Below, piece after piece: positions 12,078 to 26,800 of a stretch of DNA of 64,000 nucleotides. The position numbers and the translations under genes were made by a program. The first letter of the stretch is position 1; each line of letters starts with the position of its first letter. The notes under the pieces are model-generated. The model had not been told where the DNA came from. It did not search any database and was given only the letters and a program-made list of their open reading frames with translations. Source of the DNA: Epiperipatus broadwayi (taxonomy: Eukaryota; Animalia; Onychophora); NCBI GenBank assembly GCA_028023455.1, contig JAQFVV010000004.1:20026001-20090000 (forward strand), in the 5' to 3' direction.

Positions 12078-12315
12078 TTAAAGTAATATATATTAAGGCT
12101 ACAACCTTAAAACTATGCACCTGAAAAAACGATAGTAAGAACCTCTGCTCTTGTCTTTTAAATAAATCTTGTGTTAAAGATTTGCAGAGGTCCTTACTGT
12201 CGTGGCCACTCTTGTCTTTTAAATAAATCTTGTTTTAAAGATTTGCAGAGGTCCCTACTGTCGTTTTTTCAGGTGCATAGTTTTAAGGTTGTAGCTTTAA
12301 TATATATTACTTTAA
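12078..12315. repeat. Inverted repeat (~70-bp arms) with an internal 56-bp tandem duplication
   Basis: Arms 12078-12148 and 12245-12315; tandem units 12148-12203 and 12209-12264. The arm start ttaaggctacaacctt resembles that of the 11815 element. Confidence 0.85.
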
Positions 12316-12670
12316 AGTAACGAGTATGCATTTTATAAATATAATTATTACAACTTTATAAATTAAACTTAATAAAGGACAAAACACAGTAAAAATCCAT
12401 CATATTTTTGACATGTAGATGAATAATTTAGTGTAAAGTTAATAAAGCTATATTTATGTTAATTTATGAGTATTATTAAAACTATTTACAGTATTGACAT
12501 AACTTTAATATAATGTTTAAACATGAATGTTTGTACACATGATTATTCTGGGCTTATTTTATCTCTGTTAAATTTAAAAAGGATTATTTTAAAGAATTTA
12601 AATATTAAATTATTATTTTAATTTAAAAATAAAAGATTGTTTATTATGGGGGATGAATCTACAAATAAAT

Positions 12671-12858
12671 AAAGAAAGAAAGAAAGAAAAAAAGAAAAGA
12701 AAAGAAAAGAAAGGAAGAAGGAAAAGAAAGAAAGAAAGAAAGAAAGAAGGAAAAAAAGAAAGAAAGAAGCAAAAGAAAAAAGAAGGAAAAGAAAGAAAGA
12801 AAGAAGGAAAAGAAAGAAAGAAAAGAAAAGAAAGAAAAAAGAAAAAAGAAAGAAAAAA
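12671..12858 (+). repeat. Polypurine (GAAA/GAAAA)n simple repeat
   Basis: About 190 nt almost exclusively A and G. Confidence 0.95.
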
Positions 12859-13142
12859 TTTATTTTAATGTTTGTAACTTAAATATTTATTGAAATATAA
12901 TATTTTATTTTAAAATATTTGCTAAATGTTATTTGTGATTTTATATTTTCTGCAAAGAATGCTACATCTTTATGAGGATATCCTTGCAAGCCAAAATGTG
13001 TGTGCTCATCTAAACAATGGAAAGATTATGTATAATGGACAAGAATTATTTATTAGTGTTAAATTAAGACTTTTATTTGCATTACCAAAGCGATGATGAT
13101 AAAATTGATAATTTTTTGGATTGTGATAAGAATATATATATA

Positions 13143-13234
13143 TTTTCCATATGTCAAATGTGTTGACCGGGAAGCAAACCTGGGCCAGCTGCTTGGAAGA
13201 CAGCTATGCTAACTGCTAGGCCACCAATGCTTGA
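13143..13234 (-). mobile_element. tRNA-Gly(TCC)-derived SINE / retro-pseudogene
   Basis: TCAA + GCATTGGTGGCCTAGCAGTTAGCATAGCTGTCTTCCAAGCAGCTGGCCCAGGTTTGCTTCCCGGTCAACACA (72 nt, TCC anticodon) + TTTGACATATG + A-rich tail. Confidence 0.85.
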
Positions 13235-16200
13235 CAAGAAGAATATTATTGTAAATGATTAAAAAAAAAAAACATAGACAAGATATTTACAATAAAATCT
13301 ATTAAAAGTTTAGCTCGGTATCCCATAGCTAATTAAGAATTATTTATAAGAGTTGATTACATATTTTTGAATTGTAAGAAACAAATAGTTATCTATGAAA
13401 TTAATTATAGACAAGAAAAATATTATAAATTTAGTGAAATAAATGAGAATTGTAAGAAAATAATGTTGCCAACTTTATTGTTTGACATTTAAAGATATTA
13501 TAAACTATAGACAAAAAGATTATTATAATAAAGGATATAATATGTGAAAAATAAAGACAGCAAAGCATAAAGAGCAAGTTTGGTCATTCTCATTCTATAA
13601 GTAATGATGATGTTATTTCAAGAGTGATTATTCACAAAAATATTTATAATACTGATTTTGTTGATTTTAGAAGTATCAAACATTTATATAGATAGATGAA
13701 TAATTATGAATTTGATAGTAGTACTTATGTTAATGATTTCTTGTGGTATAAAAATTCCATATTTATATGGAATAAAAGAATTAGACCTACTATTTATGAT
13801 ATAAGAGATTATTTTGAGGTGACAACTGAGTTGTTTTATAAATAGCAGATCAGATTCAAATCTTATAAACTAAATAAATGTGATTTTTATATAGTATTCA
13901 TTTTGTTAATAATAGTTAGTTTGTTTACCTAAAATGCATGTTATCTAAAAAGGTATCTAAATATGAACCATATTTTTATATAAATAAAATATTCCCTGTT
14001 CCTAGGCATAAATTTGAAATGTGACAAAAAAAATAGATATGCATTGCATAAGCATATCAGACTTAATATAAGCCTCTCTGATAGAGATATAATATTTTCA
14101 GTATTCTTTGGTTTATCATCCACTATACAGTTGTCCCTATGCATTTTTCTCTTTTGCGTTGAGGTTTAAATATATACTGTGTGATGTTCTTAAATTATTT
14201 CTACTATTCAAAAATAATTTGTAAAATCCTGTCTGTTAATTTTAATAAGAGCATGTAAACATGGACAATTCTGAAATATGCATTTATATATTTTACCATA
14301 AAAACTCATTTTAATATATATTGATTTGTTTTTGTTTTGTTTTTATCAATGCATTCTTTATCTCAAATCCACTATATGACAAACATACATCAATATTTCA
14401 GGCACACACATATAATAATGAAGCACCATTATAATTAAAACTTTATAAATCATAAATTAGCTATTTTATTTGTTAAGTAACATTTCATTATTATGTATTA
14501 CAACTTCTTTATTTAAATATTATATATGTTGGCAGTAGTAAACTTGAATTGATATTTACTAACAGTAATCTCTCATTATATATTAAATTCACAGCCCACA
14601 GGCAGATAGAATAACAGTTAAACTGTTCTTGACATTTGTCTTTTAATAATATGTGTATAATAATTGGTTATAAAACTGTAATTTTTTATTAATGATGGGG
14701 AGAGCATTACAATGTTGAAATTAAAAAAAAGTATTAAAAGAACAAGAATAGCAAATTCAAGAATTAAAAAAAAATTTATACATATTACAAAAGTATAGGC
14801 AATATTAAATAATATCTGATTTTGATTAATTGTAACTATATAAGGGAGGAGAATGCTATGAATACAATTAAAATAACCCCAAAGTACTTTAATGAAGATA
14901 TAAATCTACAAAGACATTCACAAATATCAAAACATTTGGCTTAAATTCTGAATAAATTAGGAAAGTAAATATTCGTTTAAAGTAAGCATGGGCTTAGAGC
15001 TCAGAGTAGAATTACAACAGCCTCATTAGTGGTGAAGACATCATGGTTTTTATTTTATATTAGTTTCTAACTAATAAATGCTAGATATACATTAACTGAC
15101 TGCATTTGGATGTCTAATTAGATTGACTAGGCACAGACTATTTAAAAAAAATCCTAAACTTATTTATGATATAAAAAAAGAAGTAATAATTTAATAGAAT
15201 TTGAATCTCAAGTTTGTGGGTGTGGTAGGCAAATACTCTACCACTATATAATAATAATGTCTCCAGACAATACAAAACACTGAAAAGAAAATAAGAACAC
15301 TTCTCTATTTTATAAATGATTCTGAGATCAGGATTAGGAAAATGAGAATTTATAAAGAGAACAATATCATATGGTAAATTAAAATGCTAATCAAATACAA
15401 AACTCAAAGAAAACAAATTAATTTAATCTCTATAAAGTCATTTAACATCTACTGGTAGCACATTTTTGATATATCACTTATTGGCAATTTTCTAGATTGC
15501 CTTTTCTTTTTGCACTCAGCTAATTGTTAAAAATTTTACCCAATGTATTTAAATTGCATGTTACAACAAATTTAACTTAAAAGATACCATATCCTAATAA
15601 ATAAAAAAAAGTTCTTAATATTAAACTGGGAATTAATTGACTTAGTACTTGTCTTTGACTTTCACTATCAAAATAGTAGTGAAATATTATAATCTTATCT
15701 TTCTTATTGCATTGCTAAATTCATATAATATTAATACTATCTATATTCTTTATTACTTTTTACAATGCTTTTTTACAATCCACTATTGACAGTTTCGATT
15801 GCCCCAGCAATCTTCTTCAGAATTTCTTATTATATTTCCAAATCTCAAAGTCAGCAATGTACTATACAAATATAATGTCTTGCTTTGTTTTGAGAATTTC
15901 TAACAATTTTTTTTTTTTTAATTTCCTGGTAATGATAAGAAGATTGAATTATTATCAGTTAAATTCTTTTTTATTTGACAAATTAAAACATATATATCTG
16001 CACTAAACCATACTTGGTAGGTCACATGCAATAGTTCTCCCATAGTGACTGTATTTAATTCTAAGCCTTTCCATGATCACCTGAAACTGTGGATAACAGG
16101 AAACTATATTATATGTGTACTTAACTTATATGCACACACTTATAATACAATTCAGTTATTAAAATATTAATATTATTAAGATATTAATAAAAATAATTAA

Positions 16201-17149
16201 CAACAAAATTATAATAATGCAGTTATAAAAAAGACATTGTAATAATCAATTTATATAGAGAGAAACCATATGACAAACAACGTCCTAGACAAGGCAATCA
16301 CATAGATGAGTGTGTAAATGATATTTATGAATTTTTAGTTTAGAACTTTTCCAAGACCATGGAATTATTTAAGCTGTAAATGATAGGTCTATTAATGGGA
16401 TTCATATATGCAATCATAAATGATTTTTTATAAATCATTTTTGAAAAGTATTTAAATGATAAAATTTTAAATATATATATAATTTATATTTATCTGTAAA
16501 AAAAAAAACAACTTTTATTATAAAAGTTTATAAACCTTATAAACTTTTTCATTGTATTTGTAGCTTTTTTTTTTAGCTACAGAACTTTTGATTACTTTCA
16601 CTCATCTGTTTGAACTGTGTTTCTTTGATCTTTATTAAATATATTTCTCTATTCTTAACAAGCTCATTAAATCACTTCCGTTTTTTGATTTTATATGCGA
16701 TCGCCCAAAGCAGTCCTTGATCACGTGATATTTATATTATTTTGATTCATTATTTTTGTCAATATGTTTGAAGAGAATTGAAAAAACGAAATAAAAAATA
16801 ATCAATGCTGAGTTTATTTTTCTTTAATGTAATGAGTTTCAGTTTCATTTCTTTTAAAAAAGTTTGATTTATATTGAAGGCACACTTAGAGAAATAATTA
16901 TTATTACAAATAATGAATATATGAGCGCATGTCTCATAAAATTATTTACTCTTTAAATTCTTTAATAAGAGATACTATATATAAAATTATTATGATTTCA
17001 AGAAGTTACGATTTCAGAGTTATATAGCTAATATTGATTGCAATTTGCTTGGCAAAAATTAGTTTTTGGTAAATTTCTGGATGGAAGAGGATACAAAGTA
17101 AATTACTGTTTCTTTAGAACGACAAAAAAAAGAAAAAGAAAACAATAAT

Positions 17150-17230
17150 GTTTTTTTCTTTTCTCATGTGTCATACATAGCATCGGCTTGTAAAGCAGCC
17201 GTTGCTGACCTCTCGACCACCAATGCTTGA
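17150..17230 (-). mobile_element. Internally deleted member of the same tRNA-Gly SINE family
   Basis: TCAAGCATTGGTGG start and TGACACATG + A-rich end are shared with the 13.1 and 43.0 kb copies; the T arm is missing. Confidence 0.65.
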
Positions 17231-18205
17231 CGAAAGTTTTTTGTAAACATTTTTTTTAAAAAAAAAAAACAAATACATCAAAAGAAGTTAATTACAATTT
17301 TAAATATTCACAGCTTTAGTCCATTTTTTCTAATTCATTTTTCATCATAGAATGTTAATTATTCTTGAACTATTGATTATTATTCTCAATTATGAATTTT
17401 TAATATTTTCATCTGTATTGATAATCAGATTTAGCATATTAATAGTTGTAAATTTTTAATTCATTACTATTAATTTTTTTTTTTTTTTTGCCTTTTGTGA
17501 AAAGCCGTTGAACATTATTTTAGTTTTTTTTTTGGTATTTATGTTAAAATTCTATATATTTTTTGCTTTTATCAAATAGAACTAATTTTAATAACAGTAA
17601 GCAGGTGTCGGGAGGGGGGGGGAGAATAGAATAAATAGTGAGACTAAAGAAAAATAAATAATGGTAATGATATCAATAATACAAAATCACATTATGTGTC
17701 TAATGTAATTAACCTTAAAGAAGAAATAGAGTTTGGAAATAAATAAATAAATATTTCATTTCTTCTATATCCAAAATGTGATGGAATTAAAATATGAGAT
17801 GCACATTCTTTCCAAAAAATTCCACAAGTTACCATGGTGGAGCAGTTAAAGCTTGATAAATGATGATGATCACTATATTTTTAACTACATCTTTATATGA
17901 AAATGAATACATTTTACTTTTCAATTAGATGTTTCTGAAAAGTGAAGTCATTAAACAATCTTTTTATTAATCTGTCATAGGATAATGTGATGACATCATA
18001 TGATCCGCCACCTATAAACTTGGTCACAGAAATGCAAACATCTCAAAATGAATCTACTCTATCCTCAGACTTATCATTAAATCCCATAATGTTAATCCAT
18101 GGTAACTAATTGGCATACACTAAACTTAAGTATACATGAAATTAATGACTTTGTAAATTAATAGCAAATTTTTTTCTTTACAATAGTGCCATCCTTCGTT
18201 AATAT

Positions 18206-20843
18206 TAAAGTGACCAATCATTCTCCTTTAGGAAGGACAGTCCTTTTGTAAGTTCTGTCCTCCCTCGAAAAGTGTCCTCCTACATGTCCTTTTCGATATT
18301 TGAAGACTAATCTGTTGCACGTTATGTGACATATTTGTATTTGACATGATGATTCATCAAGGCTCATTACAGTGTAGTATAAGATGTGATCATGAAACAC
18401 ATGCGCTCCACATGGAAGACCTTGATAGAGCATGCCACATGGCACATACGCATGCAGTAGACTCACAGCATGTCAGCAATTGAATGACTCATGGTAATTA
18501 TTTCTTTCTCAGTGAATATTCAATTATACAGAAGTAAGTACAATTCATATTTTATTAATTCATTATCTATTTAATAATTTCTAAATATGTATAATTTTAT
18601 TTACAAGTTTATACAATGCTGTTGCCAACAGAAGTGTAAAATAATTTAAATTTTAGTGAAGTTTATTCGCTTATGTTATTGAAGTTTCAGTTGTAATAAT
18701 TAATTTTATTTATTCATAATGTGCTTGCAGCGTTCGTGTAGCTTTATATTTTATTTTTAATTTTAAATTTCATTTAAGGGATGGAAAAATCAAAAAAGAG
18801 GAAATGCCATTTCAACGATCAATTGAAAAAGGAATTTCCATTCCTCATATCAAAGAAAGATGCCATTGTTTTCAGCAATATTTGCAGAGGAGAATTTTGT
18901 ATTGCAGTTGGGGACAGAGCAGCTATAATGAAACACTTGTCCACCAAAAAACACAAGCAATCATTAGATGTATCAGCTTCCAGTTGTAAAGTAACTGGTT
19001 TTTTTAAAACTTCAAATTATTCTGAAGATGAAAAACAGTTAGCTGCAATGGAGGGAACATTTGCATTTCATACCATAATTCACAATCAAAGTTTTCATAG
19101 TATGGATTGTACAACTAAATTATTGAAAAAGTTTCACAATGCTAAATTTTCATGCGGCAGGACAAAATGCGAGGCTATTATTAAATCAGTATTTAAAAAT
19201 TACTGTGATAAATACTTACAGCAGACTTGAAAATTGCAGCATTTGTAATGGTTTTATCTGATGCATCAAATCATAATGAAACCAAATTGTATCCAATACT
19301 AGTAAGATATTTTAATGTTACCAAGGGGATTCAAGTAAAAATTTTAAATTTAGAATCCATTGAGGGTGAAACTGCTGAAATTTTGTCAAACCATCTATAC
19401 AGAGTAATAAATGAAAACAATTTGAAATCCAAAGTTGTTGCACTAACAGCTGATAATACAAACACAAATTTTGGTGGGTGAAGATGCAAAGGGGTGAATA
19501 ATGTGTATGTAAAATTACAAGATTTACTCCAAAAGAAAATACTAGGAATAGGTTGTAATGCACATATTTTGTCAAATGCAATCAACACGGCATCATGTGC
19601 CATGCCAATTGATGTAGAAGTAATAATAACTACAATTTATTTGTATTTTAGTCATTTTACCATTTGTGTGGCTACTTTAAAACAATTTTGTAAAGAAGCG
19701 AATGTTGAATACAAAAAACTTTTAGGATATTCAAAAGTTAGATGGCTTGCTCTAACACCTGCTGTAGAGCATGTTCTACAATTATTTGAGCCTCTCCATT
19801 CATATTTTTTAAGTTTAGACAAATGTCCTAAAATCCTGGAATCATTTTTCAATAATGAAATATCTGAGATATTAATGTATTTTGTACATAATCAAGCATC
19901 TATTTTTCACAAAATGATTCAAAAGATTGAAGGTGAACACATTTCAGCTACAGAAGTTAGTCTTATTTTGAATGACTTTATCCTTCAATATAAATCTCGA
20001 TTTGAAGAAAAATTTCTTCCTTTAATTATAAAAAAGAAAATTGTCAGACTTAGAAGAATCAAATCCGGGTACAATGGAAAAGTTTATCAAAGAAGTGCAG
20101 AATTTTTACCAAATATGTTTTCAATATATTGAAGAATGGTCTGAAACAAACGTCATGGGAAATAACAGTTTTCAATGGTGTTTTTTGACTTCATCGCAAC
20201 AATATTGGACAGATATTGAATCTTGTGTTGAGTTTTTATCTAAAGAAATACCAGATATTAAAATAGATGACAATTGTCTTTTTGAAGAAATTAGAAGACC
20301 GAATGTATATTTAAATTCTGAAAAATTAATACAATGGGAAAATCAACACGTTGAAATTGATAAAAGATGGGTAGATATTTTCAGCCATTTCAAAAATGAA
20401 CGTATTCCATGTGAAAATTTATTTATACTTGTTCAATTTATGTTATGCTGTCCTGGAACTAATGCAGCAGTTGAAAGAGTTTTTTCAATTGCCAATGATT
20501 TTTGGCCAAGTGAGAAATTGAGATTGAATGTTGATACTCTAGCTGCAGCCCTTGCCGTAAAATTCAATATGAAGGATATTTCTTGTTCAGACATTTCAAT
20601 ATATTGTTAGAAGATGCTACATTGACAAAAAATATTAATTCAATGGAAAAGTACTCATTTAAATAATAATTAACAGGCATATAAGCATAATTACAATATA
20701 AAATGTTACAAATGTTTTTATTATGCATATATCATATTATAGTGTATTATTGTTGCAATGAATAAAATGTTTCTTTTATTTATGATTTTTTTTTTTTCAG
20801 TTTATTTGTCCTCCTTTTCATTGTAAAAAAGTTGGTCACCTTA
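18206..20843 (+). mobile_element. hAT DNA transposon (Blackjack-like), complete ends, decayed
   Basis: TIRs TAAAGTGACCAA (18206) and TTGGTCACCTTA (ends 20843), resembling the TAGGGTGACCA consensus. Subterminal GTCCT repeats. Flanking duplication ttaatat (7 bp match; 8 bp is expected for hAT). Confidence 0.85.
18781..20670 (+). pseudogene. hAT transposase, frameshifted
   Basis: BED-like zinc finger (CRGEF...KHLSTKKH), VLSDASN and ADNTN catalytic region, CxxH-like GCNAH, SKVRW, and C-terminal dimerisation motif CPGTNAAVERVFS, spread over four ORFs. Confidence 0.9.
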
Positions 20844-23800
20844 TTAATATGAACAAATATTATGAGGATAGAGAAAGAAGGAATAAAGTATTACAATTTC
20901 AAATATGCTTAAAACGGTAAATATCATATAAATGGGTAATATAACAATAACAATAAAAAAAATCATAATTTTAAATATAACTAAAATTAACAATAAAAAA
21001 AGTGCAAAAACTTTATTAAATTTTTAGAGTTTAAATTTCAGTTTCTCTTAGATTTTCATGCACAACTTTTGAATTGGCAAGTTTTTTTTGAACTTATGTT
21101 GTCATACAGACTGTTTCTAAAAATTCACTTCTTTCCGATTCTTGTTTTCTGCTGAGTACTATATTTACATTGACAAATTTCTGCTTATTCTGGTTTTAAA
21201 GTTATTTTTATTTTCAACAGCTAAAATTGCATCTATCTGTCACAACTGGTACAACTGATTTTGTCAGGGATTGCAGTTAAGTAATGAAATTATTCCATGC
21301 TGTAAGACAATTTTCTATTTCTATGTAAAATACAGAAATTTTTTATTTCATTCCAGCTATTTGCTAATCTGCAGAATGGAACTATTTGGTATGAAGTTTG
21401 TTTGTGAATATGATCTATGTGAATTAAGAACTAAATATTGTAGTATTGACCACTGAATGTTCAAAACCAGACATTAATTCTAATGAAACATGAGAGACCA
21501 ACCAAACATCAAAACCTTTGTTTTTTAATTTAAATCTAATTAATTAAGTACTGAAGTGGTCCATAGCTGCATGCAGATATACTTGCTTAATGTTTACTTA
21601 AATTAACCTATTTCCTATTGCATATATATAATTTATTTATTAATATCTGCACACATTAGGAATATGTGCACGTGTGTGTGTGTACAATCTTGAATCATTT
21701 TCTAAAGTTAAAGGCTGATTATTTAAAACATGCAATTTTATTTTTTTTAAAAAAGTATATCCTATTTAAAAGTAGAATCAATTATGAAAAAATGTTAAAA
21801 TATTATATACAATGGGAGAGAGGTAGGTAGCCATTAAGGAAGGGAGCGTAAGTGCTATATTTCTCTATCTGTACATACAGTCGGCTGTAATAGTTACAGT
21901 TGAACACCTTTGGAAGCTTTAAGGTATTAAATGAAAGTAAGAACAAAGATCAGAAAATCTATGTGGCAGCACAAAGGGCTGCAGAAGCAAAGCAAGATGG
22001 AACAGCAATTAGAGAAATTAGATTGAAATCCATTAAAAAAACTCACAAGATACAACCCCAGGCATAAAAATATATATATAAACATGGAATGGGGCATTGC
22101 TCAATATATATATATATATATATATAATGTTGAAGAAATAGAGAGGCATATAACATTGAAGAAATAAATAAATAAAGACATTTTTTAAAGAAAAAATAAA
22201 ATGTGTACAATACCTAAAATGATGCGTGAGTAGATGAGCATTGGCTTCTTCACGTCATCAGTGGAATTGGCATCCTGTAAAGTTCAATCAGAAATGTAGA
22301 AGATCCATCCATGTTTTACTATGTCCATGCTAGTCCAAAGATCTTAAACCCATCTACCTATCTGTGCAGAAGAAGTCCAGAAGTCATCATTTTATTGCTG
22401 GTAAAAATGCTTTGATTTTATCCCAAGTTTTAACTATAACTCCATTTTCTTTAACATATCTTATTAACTAGTCTTAACCTTGTAAATTATCTATATCATA
22501 TTTATTAATATATCTGCTGGCTTAATTAATTAAATAAATTAGAAATCTATATATTTGCAGTTTATTTATGTATATTAATTTGAATGATGGAGGGAGTTAA
22601 ATTTCCATTGATTATGTGTGTTTACGCTTCTCTGCTCTCAAAATCCCTGGGGATGTAGTAAGCCAAGAAAATGCCAAACTGAAAACTCTTAAATTTTAAC
22701 AGTAATAATAAGATGTACATAAATTGTTCTTAGTTTTTGTCTTATTCGTCTGTCCGTCCCCCCATTATGTCAAGGAAGGTTATGTATCAAAATTCTTAGA
22801 ATTGTATATAGAATTAAGGAAGGATGGTGAGCATATTTCTATTCAATTAATTTATAAATTCATCATGTTGCTCTCTATAAACATAAGCATATATGTGTTA
22901 GAAAATAATTTTATTAAGGATATTCGTAATAAAATAATATATTCTGTATAAAGTGTTACTTCGAGCGCCACTTAAAATAATAAGACTCTTTGATGAAATG
23001 ATTCTCTGTAATGAAAACCCCTGTAAATGTAGCAATATTATTTATAATACAAGATTTTATTCTGTAAGAAGTAATATTCATAAAGTTGTCTAAATGTATA
23101 TTGCATTGATTCTTGATGCAATATATCTTTGTAAATTAAAACTGCAATCCATGCATAAGTTACATAAGGAATAATGGATTGCGCTATCAGCTTAGTTCAG
23201 GAGTAAAATAATTTCCCCAAAACTTAAATGTTGTTTGATTAGATTTTCAAATTTAAGATTATTAAAATAGTTATTGTGAATGGATTTTATCATAAATTAA
23301 TCATATGTTATTAACTGGGGATGCTTATGGTTTATATATAAAATAAATTTCATAAGGTTTATTCAGGTGGGTGGAAGGCTTAATAATTTGTTTATCTTTC
23401 TAAATATTTGTATTCCTACCTTCATATATGTATGGCAATGGTCGTATCATTATTATTCAACTTCATCATATATTCTTTGTATGGCTCATGCATCATACAG
23501 TCAAACTGCATGAGAGCAGACCAGACCTCACGTGCCTATGTTCCTAATCCATCGATTAGCACCGGTCTACATTCCGCAGGAGCCAGAACTCCTTGTGACC
23601 CCAAATCCTAGATTTAGCACATCCTCACTCTCTCCACTAGAATGTGCTCATGGTTAGAAGCAGATGCACTCTGCGGCCAGAGACATCCACTCTTCAATGG
23701 TGAACCATATCATCAGTTTGCTAAGTGATCATCCTCATTTTACATATCATTGTCATTATTCACATATGTAGTTACCACAATTTCCAAGTAATGTTTACCT

Positions 23801-26800
23801 TTAGACTTCGCCTGTGCTCATCAGCAGTCCTGGGTGACCTAAACTCAAACCCATACACAAGTTACCCCATTAAATAAATAAAGATGTTAACTGTATGTTC
23901 AAACCTAGAATGGGGTGATAGCTTATAATATTTCCAATCAAATTAAATAGAGCCTGCATCAGTGTTGTAAGCCGCCACCACCTTCTGTAATGCTATGTAA
24001 AGCCAGTAGATCATCCCAATCTAATACCTTGTAAACTACTCTCCCTATTATTTTAATTTTATAATAAAACTTATATTATTCTTTTTAACTAAGTGTACAT
24101 CTTTATTGTGAGTCAGAACTATTAATTAACTATTATATATATCACTAAGTCAGTCAGTTAATTGCAGAACAAGCACGTCCATGGTTTTGTAGCTTATAGA
24201 TATAATACTAGCTCTGTAACATTATAGACCTGATTAAACTCCAAAATTCTACCAACAATAATAATATAAATAGATTAATGTAAGGCTCAAAAGTGCTAGC
24301 ATAGTGTAATGTCATAAGTTATAAAGAACCCTGAGAGAGAGAGAGAGTCCGTGTTCGAAGCCTGAACTGCACCACGCTGTATGAAGAAGGGAAGGTGTGT
24401 GACATTAATGATGTTAATTAGGTGACTGAGGCTAGGAAGCCTAGGTAGGTCTTTAAACTTATGGGGGTAAACCTTTGACTGCTGGTTGGGAGTCTCTGCT
24501 TAGTTTTTCAGTCATACTAACTGATTATACAATCTTCACTGTGCAGTACATATTTTTGATATATCTATAAGCAAGCTTAATTGCCTTCTTTAAACTTATT
24601 ACTTAAACTGTTTAGTCAATTAAAAAAATAATTAAGTTTTTACATTTCTCTTTTAAATCAAAACCAATCTTTAAACATTACACATTTTCATTTTACCACA
24701 TTATTGTACCAAAAATGACTATAAATTTCAAATGGAATCATTTACACACAAGAAAATTAAGCTTTTATAAATGTTGTAATATATGAGGGGGGCAAAAAAA
24801 TAACTGTAATTTTATAATGAAAAATTGTTTATTTATTATTAAATGCTATAAATTTAATCTCTTTCAAATTACTATCTATTTAATGCTTTTAAAGTAGTCT
24901 GGAAATATTTGCAAAGTGATGCCTTTTAACACCTACAGCATTTCCCCCTATCATTTCCAAGTCCACACACACAAAAAAAAATAGATTTTTTTCATTCGAG
25001 AAATTAAAAAAAATGCATGAAGCAAGATCAAGAAATATGGCTGATAGATAAGCTGGGTCACACTGCATTTCACACTTAAGGCTTTGAGATATGACACTGT
25101 TACAATAGAGTTTGCACTCTTTTCCTTGCCACAAAATGGGATGTTTACATTCTACCGCAGCAAGTAAATGTTTCAGAACTTAAAATAAAATGCCTGACCA
25201 CTATGAACTAAATCTGACAGAAAAATAGTTTGCATAAAAAAGGCAGCATTAATTGTTTGAACATTTCAGTCATTATAAAAAAAAATTGACAAGTATATGA
25301 AACACACTTTGTAAGGCACCAATGTCATTTTGCACATGATGCAGAAGGGCTCCTTCAAGAAGCATGTAGCATCAAAAGTATATACTGCTTATTTTTAGGT
25401 CTCCCTTCAAATTCTAAATTTATAATATTTTTACCCACTTAGATTTTACAGATAAATACTAATTATCAACTCTAGATACTATTTTATATTATGCCAAATT
25501 ATTCAGTGTTTATAACATATATAGAGATTAATAAAACAATTGTTTATTTAATTATTTTTTAACTTTTTTTTCTTAAAACAAATAAATCATTTTTGAGTAG
25601 TCCTGATTAATATTTTTACTTATCAGTGGATTGCATAAATCTACAATTTGGTTTTATTAACTCTTATATGTACACCAATTTGTAATTTTTAATATTTTAT
25701 AGATTTTTAATAAGAAAATGCTCATTTATTATACAAAAGCTAGAAATTCAGCAATTAATTTTACTTATATGTGATAAGTATTGTCTGTACCATCACAATA
25801 TATTTATATATTAAATAAAATATTTTCATAGATTTAATTATGATGTAAACAATGGAAATTAAGAGATTATAAAGATGTAAACAACCAGAGAGAAGTTTAC
25901 TTATAATATTGTTAGAATACTAATTAATAGCCATGAAGCTAAACAAGTTTTTCTATTAACATACAATAGCTCCTTTGTCTTGAATTAGAGCTGTTATATG
26001 ATAATTGATGATATCCTAACAACATGAAAGATAATTATTTCTGATTGATTACATGGATATAGTTCCTAAATTTTTATTATTTACATATATATAATAGCTC
26101 TATTTTCCAATATTATATGTAATTTCCAATCTTGATTAATGAACCAAATGCTGTTAATAAGCATTTCAACATCCTTTAATAGCATGTAGTTCATTATACA
26201 AAAATGGAAATTACATATAATGATGAAAATAACATAATATTACAAAGATTTGACTTAAAATTCTTCTCTTGGATACATTTGGAAATGAATAAGAAATGGA
26301 CTGTCCCAATAAAGTTAGTATTAGGCAATATATAAATGAGACTGCATTTTTATCTGGATTGTAATGGCATTCATCCTTATTTAGAAAGACAGCTAATTAA
26401 TACAAATAGACATTTTTCATTGACTGAATAATCTAGTATATAAAAAGATGGTGAAATGTTTATTCCAGTCTTTGATTCATTAGTCAAAAACAGATGCAAA
26501 TATAACTTATTCTGCTAAACTTACTATATGAAAGAAAGACATTGATTCTCTGTCATCATAATATTAATATGAAATTATTGAAATTTTTTTGTTAAGAAAT
26601 CCTGTACAATGTTATGAAAATATGATAGCCACATCAAAAGTCCACTTGATATGCTTTTTAATTTTCTACACGTGATGATAATAATTCTATAAGAGAACAT
26701 CTTCAGTGGATTGACTATATAAATTGAATGATTAGTAACAGACTTTCTAAAATAGTATTTTATGATAAACTGCAGCATGGTTTTGATATGGAAGGAGAGA

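Noticed and set aside
12653-12868. Lys/Glu/Arg-rich ORF
   Set aside because: It is simply the translation of the (GAAA)n repeat.
22214-22274. Possible extra exon (ttacag...gtattg, DANSTDDVKKPMLIYSRIIL)
   Set aside because: The two kinase exons already join without a gap and a 61-nt exon would frameshift them; the region looks like decayed LINE sequence.
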